From Centroscyllium fabricii (taxonomy: Eukaryota), in the NCBI GenBank assembly GCA_051313645.2, contig JBNRSN020000003.1, positions 422,468,001 to 422,532,000 of the forward strand: DNA of 64,000 nt, written 5' to 3'. The translations under genes were made by a program, and so were the position numbers. The notes under the pieces are model-generated. The model ran no database searches. It was not told the DNA's origin and saw only the letters and a program-made list of their open reading frames with translations. Shown here piece after piece: positions 50,350 to 60,794 of the stretch. How positions within the stretch are numbered: the first letter of the stretch is position 1; each line of letters begins with the position of its first letter.

Positions 50350-50917
50350 TGGACCCCATCCTCACGCACCCACATCTGTATGCCGCATTTTACAGTGTGA
50401 TTTTTTTTTTTGAGGCCAGGTAAGGTGGCGCTGCAGGTAAGCACAAGCCTCATTCCCCATGGAAATTTATTTAAATCATGTCCCTCCATTGTTCCCCTCA
50501 CCCAAATAAATTGGGCACATTGGTAATCCTGTGACCTGGCTTGTTCAAGTAGGTTCTCAAAGGGAAATTATTGTTCCCCAGTTGTTGTTAGAAGTTAAAA
50601 AAAATTTTTTAGTGTTTGCAATTAGATTTTGGTGCACTTTGCTTCATACCAGTTGATATTTGTTGGCTAGTCTCTCATTTTTACATTCATTGAGTTTTTC
50701 CTTGCCAGTAATTTCCATGTCCTTGGTTACTGCCGCCATTTAAATCACACCATGCAAGGTGGTGAGCATGGTAATTCTTTAGTGCATGATTTAGGCAAGT
50801 ACGAAAAGTTCATGAGAGGCTAATGCATAAAGATTGAACAACATCTGAAGCATTTTGGCCGCACCTATCAATACCCCAAGACAGATGCTTATACATAGAT
50901 ACATAGATACATAGATG

Positions 50918-52697
50918 CACTTGACTCTATCTGGCATGAAGGGCTCTACTACAAACTTCTCCATTGCGGTATAGGAGGAAAGGTATACGACCTCATCAAA
51001 TCAATGTATCTGAACAATAAATGTAGGGTTAAAATTGGGGACAAATGCACTGGCCCCTTCACCCAGGGGAGAGGCGTCCGACAAGGCTGCAATCTGAGCC
51101 CGACACTGTTTAATATATATATAAACGACTTGTCGGCAAAACTAGAACAGAGCACAGCGCCGGGCCTCCGTCTTCTAGACGGAGAGGTTAAATCGCTGTT
51201 CTATGCGGATGACCTAGTTTTGCTGTCTCCCACAGAACAGGGACTGCAGCAACAGTTAGATCTACTCGATGAGTACTGCCAAAACTGGGCCTTGACAGTA
51301 AATCTAAAGAAAACAAACATCATGATTTTCCAAAAAAAACCCAGATGTCAGGAAGACAAATACAAATTCACCCTTAAGGATACCATTATCGAACACACCA
51401 TGAGCTACACTTACCTTGGTCTAACCATTACAGCATCAGGGAGCTTCAGCATGGCAGTGAATGCACTAAAAGAGAAAGCTCGAAGGGCTATGTATGCAAT
51501 CAAAAGAAAATTTTACAACATCCAAATCCCAATTAAAATCTGGCTTAAAATATTTGATAGCGTAATCCAACCCATTGCGCTTTATGGCAGTGAAGTGTGG
51601 GGTTCGCTCAGCCATCATAGCTATGACAAATGGGAAAAGCACACAATGGAGGCCCTACATGCGGAATTCTGCCGGAGCATTCTCCGCACCCAAAGGAAAA
51701 CACCAACAAACGCATGTAGGGCGGAACTAGGCAGATACCCACTGATCATAAATATCCAAAAAAGAATATTAAATTTTTGGAATCACCTTAAATCTAGCCA
51801 CCCAGACTCCCTCCAGCTTAAAGCACTCCAAACCCAAGAGCGAAACCCAGAAAAGAGTCCCCTGTGCCAGTTGGTGCTGAGACTAACTACCCCTACCCAG
51901 TCAAACCTTGACCAGTCTCAGATCAACACTGTTCTCCAAACACCAATTAGAGTGAACCAAATTATCAAAAAATGCAAAGAAAATTATTTGGAACATTGGG
52001 AAAAAGCAACAAAAAACCAAAGCAGACTAGAATGCTACCGTTCCCTAGAAAGAGACTATAAATTGGCAGACTATCTTTCAACTGTCAGAAATATAAAACA
52101 GAGACAGACCCTCACCAGGTACAGACTAAGTGACCACCAGTTGGCAGTCGAAAAAGGAAGACAGAAGAAATCCTGGCAGCCAAGAGAAGATAGAATATGC
52201 GGTCACTGCTTGACGGACGAGGTTGAAACAGAGATGCACTTCCTCCTAAATTGCAAAAAATTCGAAAAAACAAGGAAATCATACTTTGACAAACTAGGCC
52301 TAAAAATCCCAGATTTCAAAAAATTAGATGATACCTTAAAACTAAAAATAATCCTTGGCGAAGGAGACAGGGCACAGCTCGGTGCACAATACGTAACAGC
52401 ATGCCACAACCTGAGGGACAAAGAATGACCAACATGCACACATGCACGCACACACAGGCGGAAAAATGACCAACATTGACTGTGATATTGTTTGAAACTG
52501 CATTTAAGCTATACATCTACTGATATTACTACGGATGCGGTTGTATACACTCTGTTAGTACTGTTGCTATTACATCTAAAAATGTATTATTTATATGTAT
52601 GTTCGACTAATGTATTTTATGTATGTAAATGCTTTGGCAACAAAGGTTGATACCATTCATGCCAATAAAGCCACTTGAATTGAATTGAATTGAATTG
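50918..52697 (+). mobile_element. Young 5'-truncated RTE-X-like non-LTR retrotransposon
   Basis: Uninterrupted RT frame, 3' UTR, AATAAA and a (TTGAA)n tail. Absent from the duplicate site at 49606/49607. Confidence 0.85.
50920..52428 (+). CDS. RT plus C-terminal cysteine-rich domain of an RTE-X-like LINE (5'-truncated, open frame)
   Basis: LDSIWHEGL, GVRQGCNLSPTLF, LFYADDLVL, YTYLG, LYGSEVWG, ACRAELGRYP, RICGHC...ETEMHFLLNC. Confidence 0.88.
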   Translation, partial: LDSIWHEGLYYKLLHCGIGGKVYDLIKSMYLNNKCRVKIGDKCTGPFTQGRGVRQGCNLSPTLFNIYINDLSAKLEQSTAPGLRLLDGEVKSLFYADDLVLLSPTEQGLQQQLDLLDEYCQNWALTVNLKKTNIMIFQKKPRCQEDKYKFTLKDTIIEHTMSYTYLGLTITASGSFSMAVNALKEKARRAMYAIKRKFYNIQIPIKIWLKIFDSVIQPIALYGSEVWGSLSHHSYDKWEKHTMEALHAEFCRSILRTQRKTPTNACRAELGRYPLIINIQKRILNFWNHLKSSHPDSLQLKALQTQERNPEKSPLCQLVLRLTTPTQSNLDQSQINTVLQTPIRVNQIIKKCKENYLEHWEKATKNQSRLECYRSLERDYKLADYLSTVRNIKQRQTLTRYRLSDHQLAVEKGRQKKSWQPREDRICGHCLTDEVETEMHFLLNCKKFEKTRKSYFDKLGLKIPDFKKLDDTLKLKIILGEGDRAQLGAQYVTACHNLRDKE

Positions 52698-53122
52698 ATA
52701 GGAGCAGGAGTAGGCCATTCAGCCCTTCGAGCCTGCTCCGCCATTCAATGAGATCATGGCTGATCCTTCAGTTCAGTATCCCGTCCCTGCCTTCTCTCCG
52801 TAACCTTTAACCCCTTTTGCCTGCAGAAATATATCTAATTCCCTCTTAAATATGTTTAATGAGCTGGCGTCCACTGCCCTCTGTGGCAGTGAGTTCCACA
52901 GGTTCACCACTCTCTGGGTGAAGAAATTCCTCCTCATCTCTGTCCTAAATGGTTTAGCCCTTATCCTTAAACTGTGTCCCCTAGTTCTATACTCTCCTGC
53001 CATCGGAAACATTCCTTCTGCATCTAGTCTGTCCAGGCCTGTCAGAATTTTATATGTTTCTATGAGATCCCCTCTCAATCTTCTAAACTCCAGTGTGTAC
53101 ATCCCCAAACTACATAGTCTCT
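52698..53122 (-). mobile_element. CR1 3' fragment (duplicate of 49607-50031)
   Basis: Identical translation and sequence to the first copy, but shorter. Confidence 0.92.
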
Positions 53123-53129
53123 TCCACAT

Positions 53130-53725
53130 ATAACTGGCTATGTCAGAAGAGAACGGTCTTTGCCACCCTTGCTTTAGAGAGAGGCTGTTACAGAGTTGTG
53201 CGATTTGATGCAGGATACTTGCAGATAAAATCTGGAACAGGGATGACCACATCCACAGCAGTATAGGTTTCTACAGAAGGAAGTTTTCATGTTATCAAAC
53301 CGTTTCAAGATACCGTAGGGGTCATATGCCAGATCAGCCAATCTGCAGTGCACACAGATATTGAGCAAGTGACAAATGCCATGTTTGTCAGGTCCAACAC
53401 CTTCATCATTTTCCTGGTAGAAAGGAGGCACAACTTGCCCACAGACCACATTACTACAGAAATAATACAATGCACATAAATGATCATTATCTTGGAAGCA
53501 GCCATAATTCCTTCATTACGTAGCAGTCCAAGGTTCTTGCATTATTTGAAGGAAATAAAGCACCAGGTGGAAAGCTTTGTAACACCAGGGCTATCCTCTG
53601 AGGATACCAGGACCACACTGAGAAACAAACCCCTCAACAGCGGAGGAGTATCTTGGACTGGAACCATGGGCCACTGCCTGTAGTTCATCGGCAGCACCTG
53701 GCTGAAAAGTTAAAAAGGAGTTTCT
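53130..53725 (+). pseudogene. Decayed PIF/Harbinger (HARBI1-like) transposase fragment
   Basis: Manual translation across stops and frameshifts: EAVTELCDLMQ; FQDTVGVICQISQSAVHTDIEQVTNAMFVRSNTFIIF; YLGSSHNSFI; HQGYPLR; LKRSF. Collinear with the Harbinger motifs ISQS, PGSxHD, GDxGYPL and LKxRF. Confidence 0.65.
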
Positions 53726-53734
53726 CAGGGCAGA

Positions 53735-54757
53735 GTCCTGTCTTCAGCTGCTTCATCAATGAACTTTACTCCATTAGCAGTTCGTCAAATAATGAAGCAG
53801 TCTATGCCTGCAAGCAGCAAGATCTGCACAACATCCAGGTTTGGGCTGTCGTGGCAAGTAACAATGGCATCACACAAGTGTCTGTTATCCTGGAGGTCAC
53901 CATAAACCAGAAACTGAACTGGACCAGCCACATAAATGCCTTGGCTGCTGGAGCAGTTCAGAGGCTGGGTATTCTGCGATGAGTAGCTCACCTTCTGACT
54001 CCCCTACGCTTCTTCACAAGGCACGTCAGGAGTGTGATGAAATACTCTATACTTGCTGGAGCTGCACCCATCCAGGCAACACTCAAGAGACGCGACACTA
54101 GGACAAAGCAGTCCACTTGATTGGCATCCCATGTACTGGCTTATCGACATACCGTGACTGCAGTGTGTAATTTCTACAGAAGCCACGGCAGCAACTCGCC
54201 AAGCCTTCAGCTGTACCTCCCAAATTCGCAACCTCTGCCACCTAGAAGGACAGGGGCAGCGGGGGTGCATGGGAGCACCATGACCTCCAATTAGGGGTTA
54301 TGGTGAACGGGCTGGTAAGTGGACGTGAGGCTAGGTTCAGATCGGTCATGTGATCTCCTGGACCAGTTTTCGATCGCCTAGATGGGTCGGAGAGGAATTT
54401 TCCTGATTTTTTTTCTCCAAAATTGGCTACTGGTTTTTTAAATCTGGTTTTTCACCTCTCCCAGGTGATCACATTGGTCTGGGCGGGGTGGAGAGTAAAA
54501 ATAAAATTGAGGTTAGGATCAGATCAGCCATGATCTTGTTGAATGGCGGAGCAGGCTCGAGGGGCCGATTGGCCAACTCCTGCTCCTATTTCTTATGTTC
54601 TTATGAACTCCCTACCTGACAGTATTGTGGGAGCATTTTCACCCCACAGACTGCAGCGGTTCAAAAAGCCCCAACACCACCTTCTGAAGGGCAACTTGGG
54701 ATGGGCAATTATTGCCACCCATGCCAGCGATGCCCACATCCTGATGATGAATTTTTA
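53735..54757 (+). mobile_element. Decayed LINE of the 30819 family, interrupted at 54290-54605
   Basis: Reads ILEVTINQKLNWTSHIN...QRLGILR. 3' tail GACTGCAGCGGTTCAA...GATGGGCAAT...CCCACATCC. Confidence 0.7.
54290..54605 (+). mobile_element. CR1 3' UTR fragment with a structured internal segment
   Basis: Ends in the CR1 tail GGAGCAGGCTCGAGGGGCCG...TTCTTATGTTCTTATG. Internal inverted repeats. Confidence 0.7.
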
Positions 54758-55302
54758 ACATTGAGTTGGGGGGAATGAGTTTCCCTTCACGGTCACATTG
54801 CTTAGTTGGCTACTGGAGCCTTTGTTTCTGAAAGTGTCTCAGTAGGAGGCTATGGGGGGTGGGAGCCACTGTTTGTCAGGTACTGCAAGAACTTTTCATC
54901 ACATTGGGCAGCACTGGTCCAGTATGTTCAACGACAGTCATGGACATGCGAGTGTCGGTTGGCTAACACATAGGAAGATGCTGGCAGGGCTGTTATTTAG
55001 ATTAATTATTAAACATTCATGTCTGCTTAAAACACTTTTGTGTTTAAAAGTACTGGAGCGATGCTTCCCTCACTAATCACTCAGAGAATGCAATATAATG
55101 CCGATGTTACTGGTATTTTTAGAAAGCAGATACTGGGGCCATTGGGAGAGGGTGAAGGTTAGCTGAAACAAATTTAATTTAAAAATAATAAACATATGCC
55201 AGATACCCAGAAGCAGGTGGGTAATAATGAATGGGACCAGGAGCCCTGGAACAGAAAACATACGTAAAAAGCATTTTAAAAATCATGCAAGTGAAGTTAC
55301 TA

Positions 55303-55893
55303 CCGGAAACTCTCTTTTAACCGGCACCTAAATATCCGGAAATCTCTCTTAATCTGCAAAATGCAGGAGTAGGTTCAGGTAAGTTTTACTATATATTAGT
55401 GGCCGTGTAACCAGGACTCCCGGATCTGTGGCCGTGTAACCGGGACTCCTGAATCTGTGGCCGTGCAACCGGGACTCCTGGATCTGTGGCCGTGTAACCG
55501 GAACTCCTGAATCTGTGGCCATGTAACCGGGACTCCTGGATCTGTGGCCGTGTAACGGGGACTCCTGAATCTGTGGCCGTGTAACTGGGACTCCTGGATC
55601 TGTGGCCGTGTAACCGGAACTCCTGAATCTGTGGCCGTGTAACCGGGACCCCTGGATCTGTGGCCGTGTAACGGGGACTCCTGACTCTGTGGCCGTGTAA
55701 CCGGGACTCCTGGATCTGTGGCCGTGTAACCAGGACTCCTACACAAGTGCCGTGTAACCGGGGCTCCTGCACCTGTGGCCGTGTACGGGGCTCTCGTACC
55801 TTGGTAAGTATACCTCTCTGTAATCCGGACTTTTTGATCAACCGGCACCACGGCGCCGGTCCTGTTGGTGCTGGATTAAAAAGAGTTTCCTGT
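55303..55893. mobile_element. Degenerate Tigger-like MITE containing a minisatellite
   Basis: Imperfect TIRs CCGGAAACTCTCTTTTAACCGGCAC / GTGCTGGATTAAAAGAGTTTCCTG. Confidence 0.55.
55399..55785. repeat. 29-bp minisatellite, about 13 units
   Basis: (GTGGCCGTGTAACCGGGACTCCTGRATCT)n. Confidence 0.95.
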
Positions 55894-55929
55894 GCTACTA
55901 CTTTGTATGGATGATGTAGATGTCGAGCA

Positions 55930-56640
55930 ACAACTATCATTTAGGTGGTTAAGCCAGATAATTGCAGCAGGAGGAGCGAAGTGTATTGCCGTGATGCCGC
56001 CTTCATATGTGGGAATGGGGCATTGAGTCATTATGTGTTCTGTGGTCTGTTCTGGGTGACCACGGTCGCACACTGGAGAGTTTTTAATTGTGCATCAAGC
56101 ATCCACATCTGCCACGGTTTGTGCGGATGCGGTTTAGGGTTGCCCATAAGCCAGGGATCTTCCGGGTCAGATCTTTCACGAGGTGTTTGTTTGTGACTTC
56201 TTGTGAACTCTATTCAGCTTTCCAAGCATCATTTGGGTTGAAGCAGCATTGTCGAAGTTTGAGCGTGTGGGCCCAAAAAGGCACGCGTGACTTCAAGCGG
56301 TGGTGAGGGATGTTGTTGAGATCCTGGTGGATAGGGAGATGTTCATTTTCCACGATTCATTGAACTTCCCGGAAGGTTGCGGCACTGGCGAATGGATGGG
56401 CGAGCAATTGTGCGACAGCACGGGCAGCCATGGTGTTGGGGTCGATTTGAGGTTTCCAGTGATGTACCACATTGCAGTGTTCAGTTGGACATCAACAAGT
56501 CGAGTGTGGCTACTTCTGGTCCATACTTGGCTACGGAGTACATAAGGACCATCGCTGATGTCCGTAGCACTGATAGTTACACAGTGAAGTTACTAAGAAA
56601 TAGTTACAATTTAGTTTTAAACCATATACTCCCATGATGA
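55930..56640 (-). mobile_element. Vingi/Ingi-like LINE 3' remnant
   Basis: Minus-strand translation: ITGNLKSTPTPWLPVLSH, RLKSRVPFW, WATLNRIRT.RGRC, CDRGHPEQTTEHIMTQCP...GG...WL. Confidence 0.65.
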
Positions 56641-58228
56641 CCTAACACCTAATCTTTGTAACACCAGGCTGGGTGAATCTGTACTAGGCACGGTGTGATA
56701 AACTTAAAATTGCAAACACCTATCACAGCGCCACCTACATACATAATGGGTACTGCAGGCAATAGGATGGGTTTATCCAGGGGGACAACATTTCCTTGAC
56801 AGCTTTCAATGAAACCCATACTCCACATACCGAATAAAGTATATACAGGTTTTAGAAATTAACCTGAAATCTGCAAGTATTCCCTTTGGGGGAAAAAGGA
56901 ATACTGCTCCCTTAACATATTTTGGGTATGAATGCAATCATTTGCAGCAAGGATAAAACAATTGAGATTTTATAATTATTGTGGCAAATCTGTTTCAAAT
57001 TATCTTACCCCCAAACTCCCACTGAATTGAAGCATGCCATTGTGTAAAAATGATTTACATGTTGCTGGGGCATTAGGATGAATGTTTTACAGATTTCATT
57101 TTCAGGAGAGTATTGCACTGATTTAGGCAAATGACTGAAAGCACATTACTGCGTTCAGTTGCCAGTGCTCTGTGAGGAATATGACATTTATTTTTGGCTG
57201 ATGTATAGATAATTAGTGTGGGAAAAACATGGACACATGCCCAGACATTATATTACACAGATGTTCAGATAGTGGTTTAAGTTATCAAACAGTGCACAAA
57301 ATATTGTAATATATTAAAATTGCACAATAGTTTCTGGCTGTAAAAAAAAGTTCTCGAATGAGTAAAAAATTGACTCAGTGAAAGCAATGAGCTGGCTCTG
57401 CCAGTTGTTAACCTCTCGGCGTTTTACACCTTTAAATACACAATTCTTCCTTCATTTTGCTCAGCTTTATATATACCTATGAAATATAACAAACTCCACA
57501 AGGGAATCTTTTACTTCAGCTTCTTCTCCATTAAGAGCATCATCTCACGACATGAATCCAACTTCCCACTCCCTTATATTGAGCCCTCTACACTCCAATT
57601 TAAATTGTTTTTGTCATATCATCCAGAACAGTCAAGATTTTATGTTCTCCCTCTTGCATGCCAAACAGGTTCTCCATAATCATTATGTTTGGCTTGAGCC
57701 TGTTGGCCTGAGTTAGTATATTGTTTCCCATTCCAGACTTGCAGTCCCCACCAGGTCTTGGTTGCATAAGTAGCAGGAATGCGTTCAGTCACTGATCACC
57801 ATGACCACCACTTCTGGTGCCAATGACATGACCACAACCCCATTGCCAACAAATTCTGTGCAAATTTCCAGGAAAAGTTCAAAAAGAACTGACTCCATAA
57901 ACTGCCAAAGGTCACAAAGGAATGGCTGTTAGATCAGAAGCAGCAACATTCACAGAACATGACAAGTTATCTCAAATGTTCTCATTGTGCTCATGCTAAC
58001 TGGTTGTATCTAGTCTTGCTTTGAAATCCATTGTCCCTCGATGGAACTGAACATTACCCGTTACGAGCTGCAGAAGCTTCCTCCCCTGGCCTATGTGATC
58101 ATGTAACTTAAAGTTCCTGATCTGGAACAATCCTTTTTTTGGTGGCATTAGTGGCTGCTGGAGGTATCGGTGAGTTGGTTACCCAGCTGTTCCATCTTTA
58201 TACTATAGGTGGGGTGCTGTTCTGGAAT

Positions 58229-58635
58229 ACACAGAAACACATAAGATAGGAGCAGGAGTAGGCCATTCGGCCCTTCGAGCCTGCTCCGCCATTCAGTGAG
58301 ATCATGGCTGATCATCCAAACCCAGCATCCCCCTCCTACCCTCTTCCCATATCCCCCGACACCCCCCAATTCTAAGAACTATCACATATCCCACCATATC
58401 CCCGTAACCCCCAGATATTCAATCCCCCTAACACTAAGGGTCAATTTATCCTGGCCAATCAACCTAACCTGCACATCTTTGGACTGTGGGAGGAAACCGG
58501 AGCACCCGGAGGAAACCCACGCAGACACGGGGAGAATGTGCAAACTCCACACAGATAGTACCCGAGGCCGGATTTGAATCCGGGTCTCTAGCGCTGTGAG
58601 GCGACAGTGCTAACCACTGTGCCACCGTGCCGCCC
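58229..58635 (-). mobile_element. Full-length HE1-like V-SINE
   Basis: tRNA head, V-domain and CR1 tail. Confidence 0.92.
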
Positions 58636-58816
58636 TGGGAATGGGAAGACCTTTGATGCAACCATGAACTGTTCTCTTAAAAGGGTAGGAAAGACGCAGT
58701 GCGATGGTTTCTTTGGAGATAGGAAGTAATTTCTTGGCTTACAGAAAATGTCTCTGTAAAGAAATAGCTTTTGTATACATCGATCTTAAATCTGTAACAA
58801 GGCCCTGTAGTATTAA

Positions 58817-59586
58817 TAATGTGGAGGTGCCGGTGTTGGACTGGGGTGGACAAATGCAAGAAGTCACACAACACCAGATTATAGTCCAACGGGGAACATT
58901 TCAGCGGTCAAGGACATTCAGCTTCCGATCTTCGGGTGAGCATTCTCCAGGGTGGCCTTCGAGATACACGACAACGCAAAATCGTCGAGCAGAGGCTGAT
59001 TGCCAAGTTCCGCACCCATGAGCACGGCCTCAACCGTGATATTGGGTTTATGTCACGCTACATGTGACCCCGCCTGACGTAGAGTCATCCAGACTCGAAC
59101 CATCTTCGGCTTGTTCTGCGATTTTAAGTAAGAAAAATCATGGTTTTTAAAAAAATTATTCTGTGGGACTTACAGCAGACTAACATTTGACCCTGTGACG
59201 GCACCCTTTTGATATGTTGGAAAATCTTGGACTGCTTTGATGTCCCGCCTGACGTAGAGTCATCCGGACTAGGGGCATCTTTGTCTTTTAAGGAAATTCC
59301 TTTTTTAAAATCATTCTGTGTGTTTTGCAGCATTTGACCCCCCTTGCGACTGTGCCTCATTGCTCGCAGACTGAGGTGTTAAAATATGTTAATGTGCCTT
59401 TGTGTGCTCTCAGTCTCTGCTGGGGTGAGATGTGGAAGAGGTCGGATTTCTCCCTTCCTCCGATATGTGTGATCTTTAAGTCAGTCTCTTCTGTCTGTCC
59501 ACCTGAGGAAGGAGCAGCGCTCCGAAAGCTTGTGATTTAAAATAAAACCGTTGGACTATAATCTGGTGTTGTGTGACTTCTTGCAT
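58817..59586 (+). mobile_element. 5'-truncated Penelope-like element with an inverted 5' end
   Basis: 12-bp TSD CTGTAGTATTAA at 58805-58816 and 59587-59598. 58817-58890 is an inverted copy of the 3' terminus. GIY-YIG C-terminus and a hammerhead-like motif at ~59503-59531. Confidence 0.88.
58891..59067 (+). pseudogene. C-terminal fragment of a Penelope GIY-YIG endonuclease
   Basis: GEHFSGQGHSASDLRVSILQGGLRDTRQRKIVEQRLIAKFRTHEHGLNRDIGFMSRYM*, showing the HF..H, E..LI and GLN motifs. Not in the ORF track. Confidence 0.8.
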
Positions 59587-60467
59587 CTGTAGTATTAAGT
59601 GATAGAACTGGGAGAATGCACAGAACACTTATACTTTTTAGGATATTCTGAATAAACCAGAGAATTGCTTTTTGGGATGGGTAAATGGGAATTATTGAAA
59701 GGATTTAGAAAAAAACTTTCAATATTACTCGAGCATTGTTCGTTCTGCATGGATTAATACCGTCATGTTAGCCTTGGTTAAAACTACATTCAGATTCACC
59801 TCTGGTAATATTTGACTTGTTTGCAAGAATAGAATATTGTCAAAAAAAACGATATGTGTGCTAGTGACCTAATTGGTCGATAGTGTGGCTTCCCACTCCA
59901 GTGACCTGTGATTGCTGATAACCATATGACGATTTGCTCCAAATTGGTGCTTATAGCATTGCTGAATCTTCCAGCAGGCTTTTCCTGGTATTACTAATTG
60001 CATTCATCCTTTTCTTAATTTTAAAAAATCTTTCCAGATCTATTAACTTTTAATTTAACTTTCTAATTATTTCACCTTCTGAATTTGATTTATTTACAGT
60101 GCTGTTCCTTTGATAGTCACGGTCTCAAGGGTCCAACTCTGGAGTTTCGTTCAGCTTTCTGTTCAATATGCTTCAAGTTTTGATATTTAATTCAGATTTG
60201 ATTTCCATATTGATAATATTTCTTAGTCTAGATTTGTCTCCCTGTGCTATTCCTGTGGCCTTGGGATCTTCGCAGATTTCCTGATCCTGGTGTGTGACAC
60301 CAAAGGTGCTGAAATGTCTTTAATTTTCCTGGCACCATGTTGCACTCCCCATCTTCTAGCCCCATGTAAAGGGACAGACTGGCATTTCCAATGCAAGAAG
60401 AGCTAAAATAGCTTAGTTTCCTCCCCCTCTCACACAACTACAGGGGCCCACCAGGCTCTCAGAAATA

Positions 60468-60794
60468 CAGGTACACCATCCCTTAACCGCACATTCGGAA
60501 ACCGAAAAGCTCCGAAAACCCGAGTTGTGCCGAAATACCTTTTTTTCTTCAATAAGTTGCACGAAGTGACCAGCCGCAGCAGAAAAAAAGATGTTTCTAC
60601 CTTGAGGCAAGGTTACAGTTTGCTGTTGATGCCGCGCTGAGGAAATAAACCGTCGATACGCTGTTCCCCGCCTGCGCACTGGGCCGCCAACACAGCAATG
60701 CGCCCTGCGCATGCGCACTGGGCACCATCCGAAAACCGAAAAATCCCGAGACCCGTCTGGTCCCACGGGTTTCGTATAAGAGATGCTGTACCTG
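60468..60794 (+). mobile_element. pogo/Tigger-like MITE (family A, short form without cargo)
   Basis: Termini CAGGTACACCATCCCTTAACCG / CGTATAAGAGATGCTGTACCTG with TA TSD. Confidence 0.8.

Larger units (their letters stand above)
49035..53122. repeat. Tandem duplication (unit start 49035 vs 50346, period 1311 bp); the second copy carries a LINE insertion
   Basis: 49035-49606 recurs at 50346-50917. CR1 sequence 49607-50031 recurs at 52698-53122. Confidence 0.92.

Noticed and set aside
55399-55785. CRISPR-like array of 29-bp repeats
   Set aside because: Units are contiguous with no unique spacers, there are no cas genes, and the context is eukaryotic.
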